Both the position numbers and the translations under genes were made by a program. Below are positions 49,373 to 60,616 of a DNA stretch of 64,000 bases, in pieces. The first letter of the stretch is position 1, and each line of letters starts with the position of its first letter. The notes below the pieces were generated by a model. It was not told where the DNA came from. It searched no databases and saw only the letters and a list, made by a program, of their open reading frames with translations. Origin of the DNA: Octopus sinensis (taxonomy: Eukaryota); contig NC_043006.1 of the NCBI RefSeq assembly GCF_006345805.1, positions 434,001-498,000 of the forward strand, read 5' to 3'.

Positions 49373-52016
49373 ATTTTCGATCTAAAAATATCAATATTTT
49401 AAAATATAATTTAAAATAATTTAAAATAATAAAATAATAAAATTATCAATGAAAGAATATAAAAAAATAAAAATATAATCTATATATAATCTATATATAA
49501 TCAATATATAATCTAAAATAAACCCTATAAACAATTGAATATAAAATTGAATATAAAAACCTATTATAAAAGTTCTCATATTTAAAAATGTACAAAAACC
49601 AAAAAACAACAAACAAAAAACAAAAAACAAACTATATATACACACATGCTCATACACTCAACACATTACTTATTCATACTTCCTCACACACACATACAAC
49701 ACTCAATTCATAAACAATATACATATACCCACTCACACATACATATACATACACATACATACAGAACACGATATATACCAATATATAAACACCCACACCC
49801 ATACAGATAAATAAATTACGCAAACAATCACACACACACACACACACATTCACACATACATAAACACTCAAAAGAAAACCGAACAATTCTTTGCACGTGG
49901 ATATCAAACGTTTTTAAAAAATTATGAATGGAAATGAAATCCATACATACATGTATAAATATAACTATACAACCCCTAACACAATGCACACAAATACACA
50001 CACATATATACACACACCCACAAACATAACCATATACACACTCACACATACATATACATACGTACAAGTCTCGATACAAACAAACTTTAATAAAACGACC
50101 ATGATAAACGAAAACTCATATATATTAATATATATATAAATAAAAGAGTGTGTACACGCAGACGGGTGCAATCACACGCACATTCAAAACTTACATGTAT
50201 ACAAGTGCGTAAATAATCACACCCAATTACATAGCACTCATACACTCCCACATCTACACTTACACTTGTACACTCTCACACATACATACACACCCATACC
50301 TACATACAAAAATTCTTATTAAAATAATCATGATAAATAAAATCCATACATACAAGTATAAATATAAAGATACAACCCCTTACACAATACACACAAATAC
50401 ACACACATATATACACACACCCACAAACATAACCATATACACACTCACACATACAAATACATACGTACAAAACTCGATACAATCAAATACACACATGCAC
50501 ACACATTCACACATACATAAACATACAAAAGAAAACAACATTTCTACACATAATACGATATATAAAATACTCCATAAGAAATCAGATTATCATAAGTAAC
50601 AAGATTAACAAAGGAGAAAAATAGACATACCTTCTAATCAGTATCAAATTTTGAAGTGAATAACTTTATCCGTTATTACAATAAACAAAAATTGCGTTAC
50701 CATGGAACCGAACATATAAAAATTATTAGCGCTACGTAAAACAGCATCTTTAAAATTATGAATAGAATATAAAATTCTTTGCGCGTAGTAAACAAACGTA
50801 AATTTAAAAATTATGAATGGATATACAAAACTTTCTACAAATTCTTTAAAAAAACCATAAAAAACGAAAACTCATATAGATATTAATATATATATTAAAA
50901 AAAATGAGTGTGTACACGCAGACGGGTGCAATCACATGGACATTCAAAACTTGCATGTATACAAGTGCATAAATAATCACACTCAATTACATAGCACTCA
51001 TACTCTACCGCATCTATACTTACACTTGTATACATGCACACATACATACACACCCATACCTACATACAAAATACTTATTAAACTAATCATGATAATGAAG
51101 TCTATACATACAAATATAAAGATAAAGATAAAACCCCTTTCATACACAATACACACAAATACACACACACACCCACAAACATAACCATATACACACTCAC
51201 ACATACATATACATACGTACAAACTCGATATATACACTAATATTCATTCCCACACTCAATAAAATATTAAGTAAATACAAAACAAAGAAATACCAATTAA
51301 ATACTAACTATAATTAAAGTCTAAACTATATAACTAAAAATATATATATGGTACTCTAAACTAAAAACAAATTAATCTAAAATAGCCTTTAATAGGGGGC
51401 TATTAATTTTATTAATTTATATATCATTTATGAATGAAATCCATACATACAAGTATAAATATAACTATACAACCCCTAACACAATACACACAAATACACA
51501 CACATATATACACACACCCACAAACATAACCATATACACACTTACATATACATACGTACAAATCTCGATACAAACAAACTTTAATAAAACGACCATGATA
51601 AACGAAAACTCATATATATATTAATATATATATAAAAGAGTGTGTACACGCAGACGGGTGCAATCACACGCACATTCAAAACTTACATGTATACAAGTGC
51701 ATAAATAATCACACCCAATTACATAGCACTCATACACTCCCACATCTACACTTACACTTGTACACACGCACACATACATACACACCCATACCTACATACA
51801 AAAATTCTTATTAAAACTTTTATAATAGGTTTTTATATTCAATTTTATATTCAATTGTTTATAGGGTTTATTTTAGATTATTTTAGATTATATATTGATT
51901 ATATATAGATTATATATAGATTATATATTTATTTTTTTATATTCTTTCATTGATAATTTTATTATTTTATTATTTTAAATTATATTTTAAAATATTGATA
52001 TTTTTAGATCGAAAAT

Positions 52017-52060
52017 CCACCTGAAGATTGTCGGTAGCAGACATGAAACATTTGTAGTGG
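52017..52060 (+). ncRNA. Minimal type-I hammerhead motif (right arm)
   Basis: CCAC-CTGAAGA-T-TGTC-GGTAGCA-GACA-T-GAAAC-ATTT-GTA^GTGG. U-U at the base of stem II. Predicted cleavage after 52056. Confidence 0.72.
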
Positions 52061-52154
52061 CGGTTTATTTAATTTATATTAAAATTTTATGTATTGATTA
52101 AGTCTTTCCTTGTTTGGTTTTAAAATAGTGGTTTTGTCTCGAATTATATTATAT

Positions 52155-52660
52155 ACGATACGCAAAGCTAAGAATATTTTTGCTCCTTTTTTCTTTTTCT
52201 CCCTCTCTACTACGTTAGGACTGACAGTTTTAAATGATCTCATCGCTAACAACCTATTAGAATTTCGTTAATTCTCCCTAAATTCCAGCTGACCTGTTCG
52301 CTGGCCATTTTTATTTTCATTCTGCCACACGATGACGATACGCAAAGCTAAGAATATTTTTGCTCCTTTTTTCTTTTTTCTCCCTCTCTACTACGTTAGG
52401 ACTGACAGTTTTAAATGATCTCATCGCTAACAACCTATTAGAATTTCGTTAATTCTCCCTAAATTCCAGCTGACCTGTTCGCTGGCCATTTTTATTTTCA
52501 TTCTGCCACACGATGACGATACGCAAAGCTAAGAATATTTTTGCTCCTTTTTTTTTTTCTCCCTCTCTACTACGTAGGACTGACAGTTTTAAATGATCTC
52601 ATCGCTAACAACCTATTAGAATTCGTTAATTCTCCCTAAATTCAGCTGACCTGTTCGCTG
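52155..52660 (+). repeat. 180/181-bp tandem repeat, about 2.8 copies
   Basis: ACGATACGCAAAGC at 52155, 52335 and 52516. Confidence 0.92.
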
Positions 52661-52661
52661 T

Positions 52662-52699
52662 GCGCCCCGCCAAACCCCCCCACACCAATACCGGATATC
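52662..52699 (+). promoter_or_regulatory. Third, diverged copy of the RTE promoter-like module
   Basis: GCGCCCCGCCAAACCCCCCCACACCAATACCGGATAT. The 13-mer CACCAATACCGGA is identical to the reverse complement of part of 6457-6493. Confidence 0.4.
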
Positions 52700-52859
52700 T
52701 CTCTATTTTTCCCCTTCCCACTTCCTCCTAGTGATATTGCTGCTTCTACTACAACTGCTGCTGTGATGATGATGGTGAATTAGTGGTGAAATTTAACATA
52801 GGCAAAAAAAAAAAAAAAAAAAAACCTAATAATAATTTAACATTACTGAAAAGGTAGTG

Positions 52860-55800
52860 GGTAGCGAACTTCTTCACTACTTCAGGGAGTGAGTGAAACC
52901 CTGCCTGACACGAGTTCCGGGCTCAGCTGGCTCCGGCTGACAGTACCCGGTATGGGGCCCTATCCAGGGTTACGGAAAGGAGACAACCTTCAATGAAATC
53001 CGGAGTGGAGCCCCGAAGGCGGTCTAGTGTTCGATTCGACACTCTTCCGGCAGCTCCTGCAACCAAGCTGGTGCCAAACGTAATGCACTGCACTCCACTG
53101 GACTAATCAGCAAGGTCGAGAGAGGAAACCTGACGATTGGGCTACCCAGGACTTTCTTATCTATAGCCCAGGCCTGCGCAAAACTGGAGAGGACACTTCA
53201 GTGCTGCTGTAAAAAGCTGCAGAAACAACACGGGAGGTAACAGTTACGAGTGATAAGTCCATTCAGATTGGCGTAAAATATGGACGCTACGGGTTACCTC
53301 TGCCGGTGGGAGGGACTTCCGTGTCCTATTGGTTAGCTACTGCCCACCTCAAGCTGGGCAGGCCCCAGTTAATAAGGTGCTGACCCGCCACAAGCCGCCT
53401 GTTCCATTGGGTGCTTGGAGCTAAGAGTACGACTCGAAAAGCGGCCTGTAACCTCTGCACCAGGCAAGCAACTAAAATTCAAGAAAACACCAGTTCTGCA
53501 GTTGGCAAGTTGGAATGTCAGGACCATGTGTCCTGGAATATCTGACGATCTTCTCAGTATTGAAGACACAAGGAAAACGGCCATCATTGACCGTGAACTA
53601 AAGAGGCTCAACATAGATATTGCTGGGCTGCAGGAGACAAGACTTCCCTCAAACGGCAGACTCAAAGAGCAGGACTTCACCTTCTTTTGGCAGGGAAGAG
53701 ATCCAGAAGAACCTCGTCAACATGGCGTTGGCTTTGCAGTGAGAAACTCACTACTCTCCTCAATAGAACCACCATCGGGGGCACTGAGCGTATCCTCTCA
53801 CTGCGCCTCTCAACTTCTTCTGGCTCAGTACATCTACTCAGCATCTATGCTCCCACTCTCTACAGCTCAGAGGAGACCAAGGACCAGTCTACAAAGATCT
53901 CAACTGTGTCTAGAAAATTACCAACGACTGAAAATATCTACCTTCTAGGGGATTTTAACGCTCGCGTGGGATCTGACCATGATTCGTGGCCCATTTGTGT
54001 TGGACACTTTGGTATTGGCAACATGAATGACAATGGTCAGAGACTACTCGAATTCTGCACATACCACAACCTGTGCATCCAAAACACATTTTTTACCAGC
54101 AAGCCATCCACAAGGCATCCTGGAGACATCCAAGATCTCACCACTGGCATCAGCTGGATCTCATCATTACACGGAGATCCTTTCTGAGTTCCACTCTATT
54201 GACCCGCAGTTACCACAGTGCGGATTGTGACACAGACCACTCACTAATTAGAAGCAGGGTGAGGATTCTCCCTAAAAAAGTCCATCGCTCCAAGAAAGTG
54301 GGCCGACCACGCATCAACACCGCCAGAACCTCGGACCCTACACTGCGAAAATGTTTTGCTGCTTCTATCAAGGTTGCCCTCAGTAGCTACCCAACCTCCT
54401 CTGCTGAAAGTAGGTGGGACTATATCAGGGAAGCCTTGTATACGACATCATTGGATACTTTCGGCATGAGAGAAAGGCAAAACCCAGATTGGTTCAATGC
54501 TGGGCTCTCAGAGCTGGAGCCAGTTATCGAAGCAAAGCGTGCAGCTCTGGTGCAATACAAGAGTGACTCTTCTACAAAGTCACTCGAAGAACTCAGAAAG
54601 GCACGAAATAAAACCCAACTGACAGCCAGATGCTGTGCAAATAGGTATTGGCAGGAAATCTGTCAGAGTATCCAGTCAGCTGCTGACAGGGGCGACACCC
54701 GTGGGATGTATGCTGGTTTGAAGAAGGCCCTCGGTCCATCCGCAACCAAGTCAGCCCCTCTGAAATCAACTACTGGAGATCTCATCAGGGATCAAGGCAA
54801 GCAAATGGATAGATGGGTGGAGCACTACCAGGATCTCTACTCACGGGAGACCACAGTGGCTGAGGCTGCAGTCGAGAGTGTCAAGATCTTGCCAGTCATG
54901 TGCGAACTTGACAGTCCGCCATCTATAGCAGAGCTCACCAAGGCTGTTGACTCCCTAGCAAGAAATAAGGCTCCGGGAAAAGACGGCATCCCCTCAGAGA
55001 TCATCAAAGCCGGCAAAAACGCCATCCTGCTTCGGCACCTTCATGAGCTTCTGTGTCAGTGCTGGGAAGAGGGTACAGTCCCTCAGGATATGCGGGATGC
55101 CAACATCATTACGCTCTACAAAAACAAAGGTGACCGTGGTGATTGTAACAATTACCGTGGTATATCCTTCTAAGCACTGTTGGAAAGACCTTTGCCGCGT
55201 TATCCTGGCCAGGCTACAACTACTTGCTTCTCGAATCTATCCGGAATCGCAGTGTGGCTTTAGAAGAAGCAGATCAACTATCGATATGATATTCTCCATA
55301 CGCCAACTTCAGGAGAAGTCCAGAGAGCAGAAAATGCCATTATATATGGCCTTCATTGATCTAACAAAGGCTTTTGACTCGGTAAGCAGAACAGGCCTCT
55401 TCCTCTGCTCCAAAAAATCGGATGTCCACCAAAGCTGCTGAGGATCATCAAGTCTTTCCATGATGACATGCGCAAGGCACCATACAGCACAACGGTTCAA
55501 CATCAGCCGCCTTCCAAATAAAAAACGGGGTAAAGCAAGGCTGTGTCCTCGCTCCTACGTTGTTGGCATCTTCTCACTCTTCTTTCACATGCCTTTCAGA
55601 CATCAGATGATGGAGTGTTTCTGCACAGTAGAAGTGACGGGAAACTGTTCAATCTCTCGCGCCTGCGTGCCAAGACCAAAATCAGAAACGTCCTGATCAA
55701 GGAGATGTTATTGCTGATGATGCCGCTCTGGTAACACACACAGAAGAAGCCCTCCAAAGGCTCATTAACTGTTTTGAGCAAGCATGTAACGACTTTGGCT

Positions 55801-56739
55801 TAGCTATCAGCCTTAAGAAGACCAACATCATGGGCCAGGCTACATCGGACATCCCAAACATACATATTGGAGACCACAGATTACAAGAGGTGGAGAAGTT
55901 TACCTATCTGGGATCTACCGTCACCTACAACCTATCCCTTGACGCTGAGCTCAATATACGCATTGGCAAGGCAGCTGCTGCGATGGCCCAACTCTCCAAA
56001 CGGGCTTGGGACAACAATAAGCTGACCAAGACCACAAAAATGAAGATCTACCAGGCATGTGTACTCAGCACTCTACTGTATGGAAGTGAGACCTGGACGC
56101 TATACACACGCCAAGAGCGTTGCCTAAACATCTTTCACCTGCGCTGCCTCCGAAAAATCCTCCACATCAAATGGCAGAATCATGTCCCCAACAAAGATGT
56201 CCTCAGGCAAGCAGGAATACCAAGCATGTTTGCACTCCTCACACAAAGACGTATGAGATGGCTTGGGCATGTTAGCCGTATGAAAGATGGCAGAATCCCC
56301 AAGGACATACTCTACGGAGAGCTTGCTAGGGGTACTAGATCTGTGGGTAGACCGATCTTACGTTACAAGGATGTTTGCAAAAGGGATATGAAGGCCTGCA
56401 ACATCAACATTAGCGGTTGGGAGGCAGTCGCCGGCAACCGTGGAGAATGGCGACGTACAGTAAAAGAGGGTATACAGAGGAGTGACAGAAAGAGAGAGGA
56501 GAGATGGAAAGAAAGGAAGAGACATAAACAAGAGACCATGGCACTACAACCAGCCAGGAACAGTCTTCGCTACATTTGCAGTACCTGCCAGAGGGAGTGT
56601 TTGTCCAGGATAGGACTACACAGCCACAGCAGGAAATGTATCAGGAAATAAAATATAACAGCCGGACTAGACCTAAAAAAAAAAAAAAAAAATGCGCAAC
56701 TCCATTGTCTCCCGAGACAGAAAGGATGCCAAACAACAA
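52860..56739 (+). mobile_element. Near-full-length BovB-like RTE LINE (different lineage from the minus-strand RTEs), frameshifted
   Basis: LQLASWNVRTMCPG..LQETRL, LLGDFNARVG, WHQLDLII, SADCDTDH, NNYRGIS, PESQCGFR, LLYGSETW, and C-terminal CSTCQRECLSRIGLHSHSRKC. 3' motif CCATTGTCTCCCGAGACAGAAAGGATGCC followed by CAA repeats. Confidence 0.93.
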
Positions 56740-56758
56740 TATATATATATATATTTAC

Positions 56759-56973
56759 TTTATTTAAAGCAGCAGAAAATCCAACAAAACCTGTTACTCT
56801 GAGTTTCCCGTTGCCGTTCATCGGACAGTTTTTGTTAGCAAAAACGGCAACGAGAAACTCAGAGTAACAGGTTTTGTTGGATTTTCTGCTACTTTAAATA
56901 AAGCATATTACTCTACCACTGGTATTTGAGTACTCATTTTTTCCACCTTGTTTCACATTTATGTGTTTACTTC

Positions 56974-56975
<2 letters not shown>
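56759..56975. mobile_element. Fold-back mini-element: 60-bp inverted repeats, 24-nt spacer, between (TA)n tracts
   Basis: 56759-56818 / 56843-56902 are inverted with 2 mismatches. Confidence 0.85.
56791..56828 (-). ncRNA. Ultra-minimal hammerhead motif, U4C core
   Basis: CTGT-CCGATGA-A-CG-GCAA-CG-G-GAAAC-TCAGA-GTA^ACAG: 2-bp stem II with a GNRA loop, quasi-palindromic stem III. Confidence 0.55.
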
Positions 56976-57027
<52 letters not shown>

Positions 57028-57442
57028 GATATTAGGGAGTATAACTCCAAACTTACAGGGAAAAATTCAATTTAGTATTAAATCAAATTTCACAATATAA
57101 ATATATAATATTTATAAATTATTATGTATTACTTATTATATATTATTTATTCATTTTTTGTACTTTTTGTGATTTAGTTATATGTTTTATAATATATTTT
57201 ATTTTTTCTTTATGATTTGGTTTGTGTCTATCATTGTTTGAATTGCATAACAGTTGTTATTCTCTAATTTATATATATATTATATATATATAAATGGATG
57301 AATGAATTATCCTTTGTTTACCATTAACATGGAAAATTCAATAAACAGTTACCAGGGTAGCAAAATTCATGCAAGTAACACGGATGTAGCGACCTATTCA
57401 AAGGTAGAAACTCTGGGTTAATGTGCAGTTAATTTGTGTAGT

Positions 57443-58035
57443 ATAAGTAAATAAATGGAGTTGAACGCAGATGTTATTCAAATTCTTTTACTTTCGGCAT
57501 ATGTTTCGAAGACAACATTGGTTTTATTCCAAAGGAATAAACGGTGTAAAATAATGTAATCTTCTCATCAGGAAAGAAAGAGAACCCATCCCAACCACAA
57601 GACATTATAACAATTTTGATGACTGCATAAATGATAGATAGAATGCTATTAAGTATTTTTAAAAAACCGTTAGTAGATTCGACGTCAAAGGCAGACCCTA
57701 GGAAGAGAAGGGGTAAGGAAATAATAAGTAGAGAACAAATAAAGAGAGATATATTGGTTGAAAAAAATGTTCAAAGGCTTGGAAGTAGATTTCTCTATTG
57801 AAGTAAAGTGCAAGTTGAACTAAATGTTCAAACTATAAAGACTGGTAAAAATCACTTATATGAGCTAAATATATGTTTCTGCCAGTGCTTACATTTGTAA
57901 GATTGCTCTATAAGTGTGTTAAGAAGGTGATTCTTACACCGTTTATTCCTTTGGAATAAAACCAATGTTGTCTTCGAAACATATGTCGAAAGTAAAAGAA
58001 TTTGAATAGCATTTGCGTTCAACTCCATTTATTTA

Positions 58036-58041
<6 letters not shown>
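57443..58041. mobile_element. Fold-back mini-element, about 106-bp inverted repeats, HHR-bearing
   Basis: 57443-57548 / 57936-58041 are inverted with a few mismatches. The right end runs into (TA)n. Confidence 0.82.
57491..57576 (-). ncRNA. Type-I hammerhead motif with cleavage triplet mutated (GUC to GCC)
   Basis: CTTTC-CTGATGA-GAAGA..TCTTC-GAAAC-ATAT-GCC-GAAAG. The inverted arm keeps GTC (about 57976-57978) but lacks CTGATGA. Confidence 0.7.
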
Positions 58042-58072
<31 letters not shown>

Positions 58073-58384
58073 TCATCATTATTTAATGTCCGTTTTCCAT
58101 GCTGGTATGGGTTGGGTAGTTTGAGCAGAGCTGGTAAGGCCGTGGGCCACATTAAGCCCCATTTTGTGTTCTAGCATGGTTACTATGGCTGGATGCCTTT
58201 CCTTACACCAACCACTCCACAGAGTGTAGTGGGGGATTCTTTTAATGACACCAGCTCAAGTGCCTTTTTATGTGTCATCAGCACTGGTATCAAATCTGCT
58301 GTGACGAATGAGTCTTCTTGAGCACAGCAATGTGCCAGATGTCTCAGTTTTTAGTCATCTCCTATGTAAGGCTCAATGTCTTGA

Positions 58385-58903
58385 GGTCAGCCTTTACTCT
58401 TTTACTTGTTTCAGTCATTTGACTGCAGCCATGCTGGAGCACCACCTTTAGTCAAGCAGATCGACCCCAGGACTTATTCTTTGTAAGCCTAGTACTTATT
58501 CTATCGGTCTCTTTTGCTGAACCGCTAAGTTACGGGGACGCAAACACACCAGCATCGGTTGTCAAGCGATGTTGAGGGGACACATACACACAAACATGCA
58601 AACACACACATACACACACACATATTTTATATATATATTAAGTAGATAAATGAATTATCTTATTACGGATAATTCGAAAGATAACCGATACCTGGGTGTG
58701 AGCAGTCATCTAAAAACTTGTTGTGCATTTTGTTGGCGAAAGAAGTTCCTTGATTTTCCTGAAGAGAAAGCTGCATAATGGACTCCTTATTCATTCGGAA
58801 TTAGGGATTTTGCAGACTTCGAAACATATGTCGAAAATAAAATAAAGGAATTTTGTTAAATCTTCGCTCAGCTCCATTCTTTCCTATACTTATTATATAT
58901 ATC

Positions 58904-58950
<47 letters not shown>

Positions 58951-59110
58951 GACAGGCTTCTTTCAGTTTCCGTCTACCAAATCCACTCATAAGGCTTTGG
59001 TTGGCCCGAGGCTATAGTAGAAGACACTTGCCCAAGGTGCCATGCAGTGGGACTGAACCTGGAACCATGTGGTTGGTAAGCAAGCTACATACCACACAGC
59101 CACTCCTGCA
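58385..59110 (-). mobile_element. SINE split by a HHR-bearing insert (about 58630-58895) in its internal microsatellite
   Basis: SINE 3' half 58385-58620 and 5' half about 58930-59110. Confidence 0.82.
58753..58838 (+). ncRNA. Fully canonical type-I hammerhead motif
   Basis: ATTTTC-CTGAAGA-GAAAGCTGCA..TGCAGACTTC-GAAAC-ATAT-GTC^GAAAAT: 6-bp stem I, G10.1-C11.1, GUC site. Predicted cleavage after 58832. Confidence 0.87.
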
Positions 59111-59489
59111 CCTATATACTTTCAATACTTTGTCCTGATGATGATGACGAGGAGGAGGAGGAGGAGGAGCTTACTGTGTACAATGCTCGAGTGCTCTACA
59201 AATAGTGACAGAAAGCAGCAATAAGGCAAGTAAAAATAGACAACATTGAAAGCTTGACGTACATGCACAGTCATGGAATGAAGTAAAAAAAAAAATAGAG
59301 TAAAGTAAATATTAAAAGAATCATGAGGAGGGAAGGGTCCATAGGTACATTGGGAGTTGTGTTGAAGAATTTTGGAAAGCATGGAATATTTGAAGGATAC
59401 AGTGTCTTGACAGCTAACAGCAGATGCAGGTAGTTTATTCCATGCTCCATTAATTCTGTCAGTTGTTAGATATGAATGGAATTGTGAAG

Positions 59490-60250
59490 GCACATGGCTT
59501 AGTGGTTAGGGGGTGTGGGTCATGATCCTACAGTCGTGAGTTCGATTCCCAGCGATGCATTGTGTCCTTGAGCAAGATGCTTTATGTCATGCTGCTCCAG
59601 TCCACTCAGCTGGCAAAAATGAGAAGTACCTGTATTTGCAAGGGTCAGCCTTGTCACGTTCTGTGTCACACTGAGAACTACGTTAAGAGTATGCGTGTTT
59701 TTGTGGAATTAATTTGCATGTCAATTTCAAGAGCCGGCTGTTCTGTTGATCAGATCGACTGGAACCCTCATTGTAATCGACGGAGTGCCAGGAATGGGAT
59801 TGTAATGTGTCTGTTTCCTTCTTGAGCCATGCCAGGCTCATAAGGGCTGGTTTCCCGGTTTCAGTAGCGTATATATTCCCCACCTGGATGGGACGCCAGT
59901 CCATCACAGTGTTACTCATTTTTGCCAGCTGAGTAAACTGGAGCAACGTGAAATGAAGTGTTTTGCTCAAGAACACAACACATCACCTGGTTCAGGAATT
60001 GAAACCACAATCTTACAATCACGAGTCCAACACCCTAACCACTAAGCCACATGCCTCTACATGGAGAGCTGGCAGAAACATGTTCTGAGTTCAAATTCCA
60101 CCGAGGTTGTCTTTGCCTTTCATCCTTTTGGGGTCGATAAATTAAGTACCAGTTACGTACTGGGGTTGATGTAATCGACTTAATCTGTTTGTCTGTCCTT
60201 GTTTGTCCCCTCTGTGTTTAGCCCCTTGTGGGTAATAAAGAAATAGGAAT
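59490..60250. mobile_element. Cluster of three SINEs (plus, minus, plus)
   Basis: About 59490-59800 (+), about 59800-60060 (-), about 60060-60250 (+, GGCAGAA family). Confidence 0.7.
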
Positions 60251-60488
60251 TATAGTAGAAGACAGAAAATGATCAAATTTGTGCCCAAATTAAATAATTT
60301 GTTATGATCTTAAGTTAGACTTAATTTAAAATCAAAAATTTCAGGGTTGAATTTAGAAATCAAGAAAAAACCCTGTATGGATGGCACTATGCTTATTATT
60401 GCACAGAAGTCAATTTTTTAATATTTTGTCTTTGTTTCCAGTTCTGTGGTTCTGATTCCAATCAGTTATTTTATTTGATTTCACACAG

Positions 60489-60616
60489 AAAAACATATCA
60501 AGGTTGTGAAATATTTGGCTGAAAATGGTTATACATTAACTGAGATGATTTGTCACCAGTTTCCTGAGATGATTGCTGAGACATTTCTTCAAGAGCATAT
60601 TAAGAGAGAAGCATCG
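60489..60616 (+). CDS. LRRK1: Coding exon D, end of ankyrin region, LRRK1-like gene
   Basis: TTTCACACAG|AA. The C-D splice completes an ankyrin repeat across the junction (PLYIACK-E-KHIKVVKYLAENG). Donor TCG|GTATCT, phase 0. Confidence 0.8.

Larger units (their letters stand above)
49234..52155. mobile_element. 2.9-kb ORF-less element with about 340-bp terminal inverted repeats, each carrying a HHR
   Basis: 49234-49574 is near the reverse complement of 51815-52155. The interior is an AC-rich mosaic of direct repeats (about 49925-50330 resembles about 51430-51815). Confidence 0.85.
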
